Shown piece after piece: positions 25,745 through 36,889 of a DNA stretch of 64,000 bases. Source of the DNA: Clostridia bacterium. GTDB lineage: Bacteria; Bacillota; Clostridia; Oscillospirales; RGIG577. Every line of letters begins with the position of its first letter. Position 1 is the stretch's first letter. A program made the position numbers and the translations under genes. The notes under the pieces are model-generated. The model saw nothing but the letters and a program-made list of their open reading frames with translations, had not been told where the DNA came from and did not search any database. Location of the stretch: positions 731 through 64,730 of the forward strand of contig JAFWDJ010000011.1 of assembly GCA_017513095.1 (NCBI GenBank), written 5' to 3'.

Positions 25745-26146
25745 GAAATATCTCGCGTTCGCTCGATGCGATATAATTTGCCAAGGCAAATTGCGATATA
25801 TTCGGCTGCCGCCGAATGTGATATAATATAAATCCACTCACGCCCGCAGGCATATCGCTCGCCGCAGGCGAATATCGCGCGCGAAGCGCATATCGCAAAT
25901 CCACGCAGTGGATTTATATCGTTGAAAAAGAAGGATTCGTCCCCTCGAATTCTTTGGCGAGATATCTCGCGTTCGCTCGATGTGATATAATTTGCCAAAA
26001 CAAATTGCGATATATTCGGCTGCCGCCGAATGCGAAATGATATAAATCCGCTCAACGCCCGCAGGCATATCGCTCGCCGCAGGCGAATATCGCGCGCGAA
26101 GCGCATATCGCAAATCCACACAGTGGATTTATATCACTGAAAAAAG
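25745..26146. repeat. Two tandem ~186-bp copies (period 214 bp) of a non-coding hairpin/heptamer-patterned element
   Basis: Copy A is 25745-25930 and copy B is 25959-26146. I count about 12 substitutions and 1-2 single-base indels between them. Each copy has GCGATAT-type heptamers in the left half and ATATCGC in the right half, interleaved with short perfect hairpins. Confidence 0.9.
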
Positions 26147-26167
26147 CACGCCGAAGCGTGCTTTTTT
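26140..26167. terminator. Terminator of tRNA-Trp (bidirectional hairpin)
   Basis: AAAAAAGCACGC-CGAA-GCGTGCTTTTTT starts 2 nt after the tRNA CCA end. Confidence 0.8.
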
Positions 26168-26168
26168 C

Positions 26169-26244
26169 TGGCAGGGGCAGTAAGGATCGAACTCACGACA
26201 CGCGGTTTTGGAGACCGCTGCTCTACCTGCTGAGCTATACCCCT
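26169..26244 (-). tRNA. trnW: tRNA-Trp (anticodon CCA), CCA-encoded
   Basis: I folded the 76-nt cloverleaf by hand.
- Acceptor stem: AGGGGTA/TGCCCCT.
- D arm: GCTC..GAGC.
- Anticodon stem GCGGT/ACCGC, with loop CTCCAAA.
- T arm: GTGAG-TTCGATC-CTTAC.
- Discriminator G followed by CCA. Confidence 0.95.
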
Positions 26245-26259
26245 TTATATGACTATGAA

Positions 26260-26289
26260 AGTATATCACAGAGTTTTAATGCTTGTCAA
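26260..26289 (-). promoter_or_regulatory. Promoter of tRNA-Trp
   Basis: The minus strand reads TTGACA-18 nt-TATACT with an extended TG. The predicted start is ~9 nt before the mature 5' end. Confidence 0.6.
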
Positions 26290-26365
26290 TATTTTTTTGC
26301 GTTTTATTGACCCGAAACGCTAAAAATGATATATTTAAACAAACACCGAGAAGGGGGTTTTTATA

Positions 26366-27238
26366 ATGAGATACGAAGGCACGATATACCGTCCGCCGAG
26401 CGAGGCGTACAGCCTTATAATACAGCACACGATAGGCTGTGCGCGAAACGACTGCACCTTCTGTTCGATGTATAAGGACAAGAGCTTCAGGATTAGAAAG
26501 CCCGCGGAGGTCATCGCGGACCTTGTGGACGTGCGGCGCCGCTGCCGCGGGCCCGTCGATAAAATATTCTTGGCCGACGGAGACGCGCTGATTGCGAAGA
26601 CCGACGACCTTCTTACCGTACTCGGCGCGATAAGGCAGATATACCCCGAGTGCGAGCGCGTAACGTCGTACGGCGCGCCCGCGGATATCCTCGCAAAATC
26701 GCCCGAGGAGCTTCGTGCGCTTTACGAGGCGGGGCTTAAAATGGTCTACGTCGGGCTTGAATCGGGCGACGACGAGGTATTATCGGCGGTTAAAAAAGGC
26801 GTTACGGCCGCGCAAGCGGTCGAGGCGGGAAAAAAGCTGCGCGCAAGCGGCATGAAGCTTTCGCTCACCGTAATTTCGGGGCTCGGCGGCAGGGCGAGGC
26901 TTAAGGAGCACGCCGTGCTCTCCGCTAAGTGCGTAAGTGAGATTAAACCGGAATACCTGGGCTTTTTAACGCTTATGGTCATCCCCGGCACTCCCCTTTA
27001 CGACGACGTCGAAAGCGGCAGATTCGAGCTTCTCACCGCGCCCGAGGTGGCCGAGGAGATGATACTCTTCCTTGAGAACGTGGACAGCGAGGGCACCGTA
27101 TTCCGCTCAAATCACATCTCGAACTACATTAACCTTCGCGGCACCTTCAACCGCGATGTCCCCCGCCTTATCGCCGAAGTCAAGCAGGTGATGGAAAGCG
27201 AAGCGTATAAGCCCGAATTCTTCCGGCAGCATTTATAA
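26366..27238 (+). CDS. Radical SAM protein of unknown function with CX4CX2C cluster motif
   Basis: 290 aa with a GGGGG RBS. The N-terminus is YRPPSEAYSLIIQHTIGCARNDCTFCSMY, and a glycine-rich SAM motif region follows (VYVGLESGDD). Confidence 0.75.
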   Translation: MRYEGTIYRPPSEAYSLIIQHTIGCARNDCTFCSMYKDKSFRIRKPAEVIADLVDVRRRCRGPVDKIFLADGDALIAKTDDLLTVLGAIRQIYPECERVTSYGAPADILAKSPEELRALYEAGLKMVYVGLESGDDEVLSAVKKGVTAAQAVEAGKKLRASGMKLSLTVISGLGGRARLKEHAVLSAKCVSEIKPEYLGFLTLMVIPGTPLYDDVESGRFELLTAPEVAEEMILFLENVDSEGTVFRSNHISNYINLRGTFNRDVPRLIAEVKQVMESEAYKPEFFRQHL

Positions 27239-27244
27239 GAACAC

Positions 27245-27275
27245 AAAAAACGGTTCCCTTTCGGGAACCGTTTTT
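27245..27275. terminator. Bidirectional terminator between the radical SAM gene and the cupin genes
   Basis: AAAAACGGTTCCC-TTTC-GGGAACCGTTTTT. Confidence 0.8.
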
Positions 27276-27297
27276 ATAGCTTTCGGAGAATCTATAC

Positions 27298-27702
27298 TTA
27301 GATTTTGAAGCCCTTACCCATGCCGGTGGTGTTTCTGTCCTCGCCGGTGGGAGTATCGGGAAGGTTAAGCTCGAAAACGACTGCGGGCTCCTTGAACGGG
27401 TTGCCTATGCCGTGAGCCTGACCTGCACGAACGTACATAACGTCGCCGGGGCCTACTACGGTCTCTTCGCCGTTGTCGTTGTAGGAAGCGAAACCGGATA
27501 CCATTACGAATACTTCCTGGGTGTTGTCGTGCGGATGCAGCGGGATCTTGCAGCCCGGCATCAGTACGGAACGAGCCAGCTGATTGAGAGCGCCGTCGGT
27601 ATCAGCCTTCGTAGCGATTACGTTCTGGATACCTGCTTCTCTCTCCGACGGATACGGATAAACGACCTGCTTGAACAGATTGTCGGTGTATCTTCTGATC
27701 AT
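27298..27702 (-). CDS. Cupin domain protein (copy 1)
   Basis: 134 aa with an AGGAGG RBS. The cupin motifs are PLHPHDNTQEVFVMVSG and GDVMYVRAGQAHGIGN. Confidence 0.8.
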   Translation of the reverse strand: MIRRYTDNLFKQVVYPYPSEREAGIQNVIATKADTDGALNQLARSVLMPGCKIPLHPHDNTQEVFVMVSGFASYNDNGEETVVGPGDVMYVRAGQAHGIGNPFKEPAVVFELNLPDTPTGEDRNTTGMGKGFKI

Positions 27703-27745
27703 TGTACGTGCCTCCTGTATGATTATATTTTGTTATTCAAAACAC

Positions 27746-28147
27746 TTAGATGTTGAAGCCCATCTTGGAAGCCTTGCCGCTGTCGGTGCCGATCGGCTTG
27801 TCGGGAAGGTTAAGCTCGAAAACGACTGCGGGCTCCTTGAAGGGATTGCCGATAGCGTGGCTCTGACCTGCGCGAACGTACATAACGTCGCCGGGGCCTA
27901 CTACGGTCTCTTCGCCGTTGTCGTTATAGGAAGCGTAACCGGATACCATAACGAATACTTCCTGAGTGTTCTCATGCGGATGCAGCGGTACGGAGCAGCC
28001 CGGTAAAAGTACGGAACGAGCCCACTGGTTGAGCGCGCCGTCGGTATCAGCCTTCGTAGCGATTACGTTCTGAATGCCTGCCTTGTCTTCCGACGGGAAC
28101 GGGAAAACAACCTGCTTGAACGGATTGTCGGTGTATCTTCTGATCAT
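27746..28147 (-). CDS. Cupin domain protein (copy 2, tandem paralogue)
   Basis: The start was moved to the ATG at 28147 (MIRRYTDNPFKQ), which has an AGGAGGAG RBS. It is near-identical to copy 1 over the first ~115 residues. Confidence 0.8.
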   Translation of the reverse strand: MIRRYTDNPFKQVVFPFPSEDKAGIQNVIATKADTDGALNQWARSVLLPGCSVPLHPHENTQEVFVMVSGYASYNDNGEETVVGPGDVMYVRAGQSHAIGNPFKEPAVVFELNLPDKPIGTDSGKASKMGFNI

Positions 28148-28243
28148 TGGATATCTCCTCCTATTTTTTGAATTTTTTGAATAATCCTTTATTGTCAACA
28201 AGAGGACTGCCGAGGGCAGTCCTCTTATCGGTTGCGTATATAA

Positions 28244-29446
28244 TTATTCGTTGATAGCTGCAACGACGCCGGAGCCAACCGTTCTGCCGCCCTCACGGAT
28301 AGCGAAACGTAAGCCCTGCTCGATTGCGATGGGGCTGATAAGCTCTACGTTAATGGTAGCGTTATCGCCGGGCATGCACATCTCAACGCCTTCCTCAAGC
28401 GCGATTACGCCGGTAACGTCGGTCGTTCTGAAGTAGAACTGCGGACGATAGTTGTTGAAGAACGGGGTGTGACGGCCGCCCTCAGCGGTGGTAAGAACGT
28501 AAACCTCGCCCTTGAACTTCTTGTGCGGGTTGATGGTGCCGGGCTTTGCAAGAACCTGACCTCTTTCGATCTCGTTTCTCTGAACGCCGCGGAGCAGGCA
28601 GCCTACGTTGTCGCCTGCCTCACAGAAGTCGAGAAGCTTTCTGAACATCTCGATACCGGTAACGACGATCTTTCTCTTCTCTTCCTTAAGACCAACGAGC
28701 TCAACTTCCTCGGAAAGCTTAAGCATACCTCTCTCAACTCTGCCCGTAGCAACGGTGCCGCGGCCGGTGATGGTGAATACGTCCTCGACAGGCATAAGGA
28801 ACGGAAGGTCGCTCTTTCTGTCGGGAGTCGGGATGTAGGAGTCAACAGCATCCATAAGCTCTATGATGGACTTGTATTCCGGAGCGTTCGGGTCGGTGGA
28901 CTCGCTCTCAAGTGCCTCAAGTGCGGAACCCTTTATGATCGGGGTGTCGTCGCCCGGGAAGCCGTACTCGGAGAGAAGCTCTCTGATTTCCATTTCAACA
29001 AGCTCTAACAGCTCGGGGTCGTCAACCTGGTCGCACTTGTTCATGTATACGATGATGTAGGGAACGCCAACCTGACGGGAAAGAAGGATGTGCTCTCTGG
29101 TCTGCGGCATCGGGCCGTCAGCAGCGGAAACAACGAGGATAGCGCCGTCCATCTGAGCTGCGCCGGTGATCTTGTTCTTAACATAGTCGGCATGTCCGGG
29201 GCAGTCAACGTGAGCGTAGTGACGGTTGTCGGTCTCATACTCAACGTGAGCGGTGTTTATTGTGATACCTCTTGCTCTCTCCTCGGGAGCCTTGTCGATC
29301 ATGTCATATGCCTCGAACTGAGCCTGACCCTTGAACGCAAGAACCTTCGTGATGGCAGCGGTAAGAGTAGTCTTACCATGGTCAACGTGACCGATAGTAC
29401 CGATGTTTACATGAGGTTTACTTCTGTTAAATTTCTCCTTTGCCAT
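28244..29446 (-). CDS. tuf: Elongation factor Tu
   Basis: 400 aa with [17 protein letters not shown] and NKCD motifs. Similarity to EF-Tu runs full length. Confidence 0.98.
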   Translation of the reverse strand: MAKEKFNRSKPHVNIGTIGHVDHGKTTLTAAITKVLAFKGQAQFEAYDMIDKAPEERARGITINTAHVEYETDNRHYAHVDCPGHADYVKNKITGAAQMDGAILVVSAADGPMPQTREHILLSRQVGVPYIIVYMNKCDQVDDPELLELVEMEIRELLSEYGFPGDDTPIIKGSALEALESESTDPNAPEYKSIIELMDAVDSYIPTPDRKSDLPFLMPVEDVFTITGRGTVATGRVERGMLKLSEEVELVGLKEEKRKIVVTGIEMFRKLLDFCEAGDNVGCLLRGVQRNEIERGQVLAKPGTINPHKKFKGEVYVLTTAEGGRHTPFFNNYRPQFYFRTTDVTGVIALEEGVEMCMPGDNATINVELISPIAIEQGLRFAIREGGRTVGSGVVAAINE

Positions 29447-29507
29447 GTTTAATCCTCCTTAAATCCTTTATGAATAATAATTTTTTCTCTTTAATACCCT
29501 ATAGGTT

Positions 29508-29536
29508 ATTTTATATTTATTTTGCGGAAAAATCAA
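29508..29536 (-). promoter_or_regulatory. Internal promoter upstream of tuf
   Basis: The minus strand reads TTGATT-17 nt-TAAAAT in the 124-nt AT-rich fusA-tuf spacer. Confidence 0.45.
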
Positions 29537-29570
29537 TGATATTTTTTTAATTTTCATTAAAGTATGAAAA

Positions 29571-31643
29571 TCACGCCTTGCCGGAGATTATCTTCTCCTG
29601 GATGCTCTTCGGTACTTCAATGAAGTGACTGGGCTCCATGGTGTACTGGCCGCGTCCCTGAGTGCGCGAACGAAGGTCGGTCGCGTATCCGAACATTTCG
29701 GAAAGCGGAACGTTCGCCTCGATCTGCTGTGCGCCGGGGAGCGCCGAGAAGCCGAGTATCTGGCCGCGTCTGGAGTTTAAGTCGCCGATAACGTCGCCGA
29801 TGTAATCCTCGGGAACGATGCATACGACCTTCATTATAGGCTCAAGTATCGTGGGATCGGCCTTCTTCATTGCTTCCTTGAAGGCCATGGAGCCTGCGAT
29901 CTTGAACGCCATTTCCGAAGAGTCGACCTCGTGATACGAGCCGTCGTAGAGCGTTACGATAACGTCCACTACGTTGTAGCCCGCAAGCACGCCGGACTCC
30001 ATAGCGCCCTGTATACCTGCGTCGACTGCGGGGATGTATTCCTTCGGAATAGCGCCGCCGACGATCTTGTTGATGAACTCGTAGCCCTTGCCGGACTCGT
30101 TGGGCTCAACGGTGATCTTAACGTGACCGTACTGGCCCTTACCGCCGGACTGACGCGCGTATTTGTGGTCGACGTCGACCTTCTTGCGGATGGTCTCCTT
30201 GTAGGATACCTGCGGACGGCCTACGTTTGCCTCGACCTTGAACTCACGAAGCAGTCTGTCAACGATAATCTCAAGATGAAGCTCGCCCATACCGGCGATT
30301 ATGGTTTGACCCGTATCCTCATCGGTATAAGTTCTGAACGTCGGGTCCTCCTCTGCGAGCTTGGAAAGAGCTATGCCCATCTTTTCCTGACCGGCCTTGG
30401 TCTTGGGCTCAATGGCAACTCTTATAACGGGCTCGGGGAATTCCATCGATTCAAGGATTATAGGCGCATTTTCAGCGCAGAGCGTGTCGCCCGTCGTGGT
30501 GTTCTTAAGGCCTACGGCCGCCGCGATGTCGCCCGAATAAACCGTGGGGATATCCTCGCGGTCGTTCGCGTGCATCTGTAAAAGGCGTCCCATGCGCTCC
30601 TTGTTGCCCTTCGTAGCGTTCAAAACGCCGCTTCCGGCGTTAATCGTGCCGGAATATACTCTGAAGAAGCAGAGCTTGCCTACATACGGGTCGGTAGCTA
30701 TCTTGAACGCAAGCGCCGAGAACGGCTCCTTGTCGTCGGCATGACGAGCCTGCTCCTCCTCCGTGCGGGGCACTATGCCCTTTATCGGCGGGATATCGAG
30801 CGGGGACGGCATATAGTCGACTATCGCGTCAAGAAGCTTCTGAACGCCCTTGTTCTTATAAGACGTGCCGCATACTACCGGAACGAGCTTGTTCGCTATG
30901 GTAGCCTTGCGGATTGCGGTCTTTATCTCGGGTATGGTAAACTCATGTCCCTCGAGATACATTTCGGCGAAATCATCGTCAACGTCGGCAATGGCTTCTA
31001 TCATGGCCGAGCGGTACTCCTCCGACGTTTCAACCATGTCGGCGGGGATATCCTCAAGGCGCATGTCCTTGCCTTCGTCATCATAATAGATGTACGACTT
31101 CATTTCAAGAAGGTCTATAATACCCTTGAAATCCGCCTCAACACCTATCGGCAGCTGCAGCGGCACTGCGTTGCAGTGCAGTCTGTCGTGCATCATCTTT
31201 ACAACTCTGTAAAAGTCGGCGCCCATGATGTCCATCTTATTGATGTACGCCATTCTGGGTACGCCGTATTTGTCAGCCTGGCGCCATACAGTCTCTGACT
31301 GGGGCTCAACTCCGCCCTTTGCACAGAAAACAGTAACCGAACCGTCGAGCACTCTGAGTGAACGCTCAACTTCAACCGTAAAGTCAACATGTCCCGGGGT
31401 ATCAATTATATTGATGCGGTGGTCAAGCCATCTGCAGGTGGTAGCCGCGGAGGTTATCGTGATACCGCGCTCCTGCTCCTGCTGCATCCAGTCCATAGTT
31501 GCTGAGCCTTCGTGTGTTTCGCCTATCTTATGCGTTCTTCCCGTGTAATACAGGATGCGCTCCGTGGTCGTAGTTTTTCCTGCGTCTATATGGGCCATGA
31601 TGCCAATGTTTCGAGTCATCTCAAGTGAAAACTGTCTTGGCAT
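29571..31643 (-). CDS. fusA: Elongation factor G
   Basis: 690 aa with [12 protein letters not shown] and DTPGHVDF motifs. Confidence 0.98.
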   Translation of the reverse strand: MPRQFSLEMTRNIGIMAHIDAGKTTTTERILYYTGRTHKIGETHEGSATMDWMQQEQERGITITSAATTCRWLDHRINIIDTPGHVDFTVEVERSLRVLDGSVTVFCAKGGVEPQSETVWRQADKYGVPRMAYINKMDIMGADFYRVVKMMHDRLHCNAVPLQLPIGVEADFKGIIDLLEMKSYIYYDDEGKDMRLEDIPADMVETSEEYRSAMIEAIADVDDDFAEMYLEGHEFTIPEIKTAIRKATIANKLVPVVCGTSYKNKGVQKLLDAIVDYMPSPLDIPPIKGIVPRTEEEQARHADDKEPFSALAFKIATDPYVGKLCFFRVYSGTINAGSGVLNATKGNKERMGRLLQMHANDREDIPTVYSGDIAAAVGLKNTTTGDTLCAENAPIILESMEFPEPVIRVAIEPKTKAGQEKMGIALSKLAEEDPTFRTYTDEDTGQTIIAGMGELHLEIIVDRLLREFKVEANVGRPQVSYKETIRKKVDVDHKYARQSGGKGQYGHVKITVEPNESGKGYEFINKIVGGAIPKEYIPAVDAGIQGAMESGVLAGYNVVDVIVTLYDGSYHEVDSSEMAFKIAGSMAFKEAMKKADPTILEPIMKVVCIVPEDYIGDVIGDLNSRRGQILGFSALPGAQQIEANVPLSEMFGYATDLRSRTQGRGQYTMEPSHFIEVPKSIQEKIISGKA

Positions 31644-31692
31644 ATGTCCTCTCCTTTCAATACTGCGGTCAAACAGATCCGCTTAATCGTGA

Positions 31693-32163
31693 TTACCATC
31701 TGTAATGTGCAAACGCCTTGTTGGCCTCTGCCATTCTGTGGGTATCGTCCTTCTTCTTAACGGCAGCACCGGTGTTGTTCACTGCGTCAAGTATCTCGTT
31801 CGCAAGGCGCTCTGCCATCGTTCTTTCGTTTCTTGCTCTTGAGTAAACTCTGAGCCAGCGAAGACCGAGAGTCTGGCGTCTTTCGGGACGTACTTCCATC
31901 GGGACCTGATAGGTGGCACCGCCGACACGGCGAGCCTTAACCTCGGTCACGGGCATGATGTTGTTTAAGCCCTCTTCAAATACTTCCAAAGGTTCTCTGC
32001 TTGTCTTTTCTCTGATGATATCGAATGCATCGTAAACGATACGCTGAGCTACACCCTTCTTGCCGTCATACATGATGTTGTTGATAAGGCGTGTAACCAT
32101 CTTCGAGTTATACATAGGATCGGGCAAAACATCTCTCTTCGGAACATTACCTCTTCTAGGCAC
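31693..32163 (-). CDS. rpsG: 30S ribosomal protein S7
   Basis: 156 aa, [20 protein letters not shown]..., with a GTG start preceded by GGAGGG. Confidence 0.97.
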   Translation of the reverse strand: MPRRGNVPKRDVLPDPMYNSKMVTRLINNIMYDGKKGVAQRIVYDAFDIIREKTSREPLEVFEEGLNNIMPVTEVKARRVGGATYQVPMEVRPERRQTLGLRWLRVYSRARNERTMAERLANEILDAVNNTGAAVKKKDDTHRMAEANKAFAHYRW

Positions 32164-32342
32164 TATTCTTCCCTCCTTCTAAAAATAATAAGCTATCATA
32201 GGTACTCGAAAGCCTGGCTTCCGCAAGCGCTCGTGAGGCAAATGCCCATCCGCCGCCCCGACGGTACGACGCCGTACCGCCCGGGCGGTGGATCGACAAT
32301 CACGCACACCCTGCACTTTGCGTATGAGTCGTTTTGCTTATC
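32164..32342 (-). promoter_or_regulatory. Long GC-rich structured rpsL-rpsG intercistronic spacer
   Basis: 179 nt. It contains the perfect palindrome CCGCCCGGGCGG, the hairpin CGGTACG-GCGT-CGTACCG, and a flanking pairing of GATCCACCGCC with GGCGGCGGATG. Confidence 0.5.
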
Positions 32343-32768
32343 CTATTTGCTTCCGCTTGACTTCGGCTTCTTAACGCCGTACTTTGAACGCGCCTGCATT
32401 CTTCCGTTCACGCCCTGAGTATCGAGCGTACCGCGGATGATGTGGTAACGCACGCCGGGGAGGTCCTTAACTCTGCCGCCGCGGATAAGAACAACGCTGT
32501 GTTCCTGAAGGTTGTGTCCCACGCCCGGGATGTACGAGGAAACCTCGATGCCGTTCGTGAGTCTTACTCTGGCAACCTTGCGGAGAGCCGAGTTAGGCTT
32601 CTTCGGGGTCATGGTCTTGACCGTAGTGCAAACGCCTCTCTTCTGCGGAGAGCTCTGGTCTATCGGACGCTTCTTTAAGGTGTTCATACCCTTCTGAAGA
32701 GCCGGAGCCGTAGACTTCTTCATCTGAGTCTCTCTGCCCTTTCTTACTAACTGGTTAAAGGTAGGCAT
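32343..32768 (-). CDS. rpsL: 30S ribosomal protein S12
   Basis: 141 aa, [12 protein letters not shown]...[16 protein letters not shown]. Confidence 0.98.
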   Translation of the reverse strand: MPTFNQLVRKGRETQMKKSTAPALQKGMNTLKKRPIDQSSPQKRGVCTTVKTMTPKKPNSALRKVARVRLTNGIEVSSYIPGVGHNLQEHSVVLIRGGRVKDLPGVRYHIIRGTLDTQGVNGRMQARSKYGVKKPKSSGSK

Positions 32769-32828
32769 TTTTTTCCTCCTTTCTTAAAGAATATTTATCA
32801 AAACGGGATTTCTCCCGGTCTGACCGAT

Positions 32829-33086
32829 TTAAGCGTTTCTGACAGCCGCCGCGGCGCAGCCCACGTCTATGCCGCACATTTTGCCGAGCGTGCGCATGGA
32901 CGAAACCCATACTACGGGGATATATAAGCTCTCGGAAAGCGCCACTATCGGAGCGATCAGTCTTTTTTCCGCGTCCGACGCGAGATACAGCGTTTTAACG
33001 GCGCCGCCCTTTAAGGCCTTTCTTACCTGCTTAATGCCGCAAATTGCGTTGTCGATCTTAAATACGTCCTTAATAAAATTATGCAT
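32829..33086 (-). CDS. ybxF: L7Ae/L30e-family ribosome-associated protein (YbxF-like)
   Basis: The start was moved to the ATG at 33086 (MHNFIKDV...), giving 85 aa with a GGAG RBS. The position between rpoC and rpsL matches Firmicutes ybxF/rplGB. The motif GIKQVRKALKGG...LASDA fits the family. Confidence 0.75.
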   Translation of the reverse strand: MHNFIKDVFKIDNAICGIKQVRKALKGGAVKTLYLASDAEKRLIAPIVALSESLYIPVVWVSSMRTLGKMCGIDVGCAAAAVRNA

Positions 33087-33143
33087 TTTATTATCTCCTT
33101 TGCGGGCGCAGAGGTGGTATACAGAAAGCGCCCACAGTAATTT

Positions 33144-33173
33144 ATGATACCATTTAGTATTTAAGAAAGTCAA
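33144..33173 (-). promoter_or_regulatory. Promoter of the L7Ae-rpsL-rpsG-fusA operon
   Basis: The minus strand reads TTGACT-18 nt-TATCAT. Confidence 0.45.
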
Positions 33174-33246
33174 TATCTATTCTAACGAATATGCCTGATT
33201 TTAGCCGTATTATTTGTAAAAAAACACAAACACGGCGCCATAATTT

Positions 33247-33301
33247 CAAAAAGCGGCGAAGAAAGACGTCACCTCTGGGGTTTCGCACCGATCTTCGCCG
33301 C
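33247..33301 (-). terminator. Terminator after rpoC
   Basis: The 10-bp stem GCGGCGAAGA/TCTTCGCCGC has a large internal loop and is followed by TTTTT on the minus strand. Confidence 0.6.
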
Positions 33302-33320
33302 GTTTTTTATGAAATATTAC

Positions 33321-36833
<3,513 letters not shown>

Positions 36834-36889
36834 ATGAACCGCTCCTTTTTAAGTCATTTGATTTAAACTCACTCATGTGTGGCCGTCTG

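Noticed and set aside
25830-25915. DnaA-box-like sequences (AAATCCACA / TGTGGATTT)
   Set aside because: They match the TTATCCACA consensus only in the ATCCAC(A) core, with two mismatches. There is no AT-rich unwinding element and no dnaA/dnaN context. They are better explained as arms of the hairpins.
25612-26121. ORF-track ORFs of 169, 93 and 67 aa on the minus strand inside the tandem repeat region
   Set aside because: They have no Shine-Dalgarno. Their peptides are low-complexity (Arg/Ala/Ile-rich) and simply repeat because the DNA repeats. The region is saturated with hairpins and lies between two terminators. I treat it as non-coding.
25745-26146. Possible CRISPR array or DGR template/variable repeat pair
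   Set aside because: The recurring motif is only a 7-mer, with 18-20 nt hairpin-forming spacers, not 25-40 nt repeats with unique spacers. The window has no cas genes. The differences between the two 186-bp copies are not adenine-specific, and there is no reverse transcriptase nearby.
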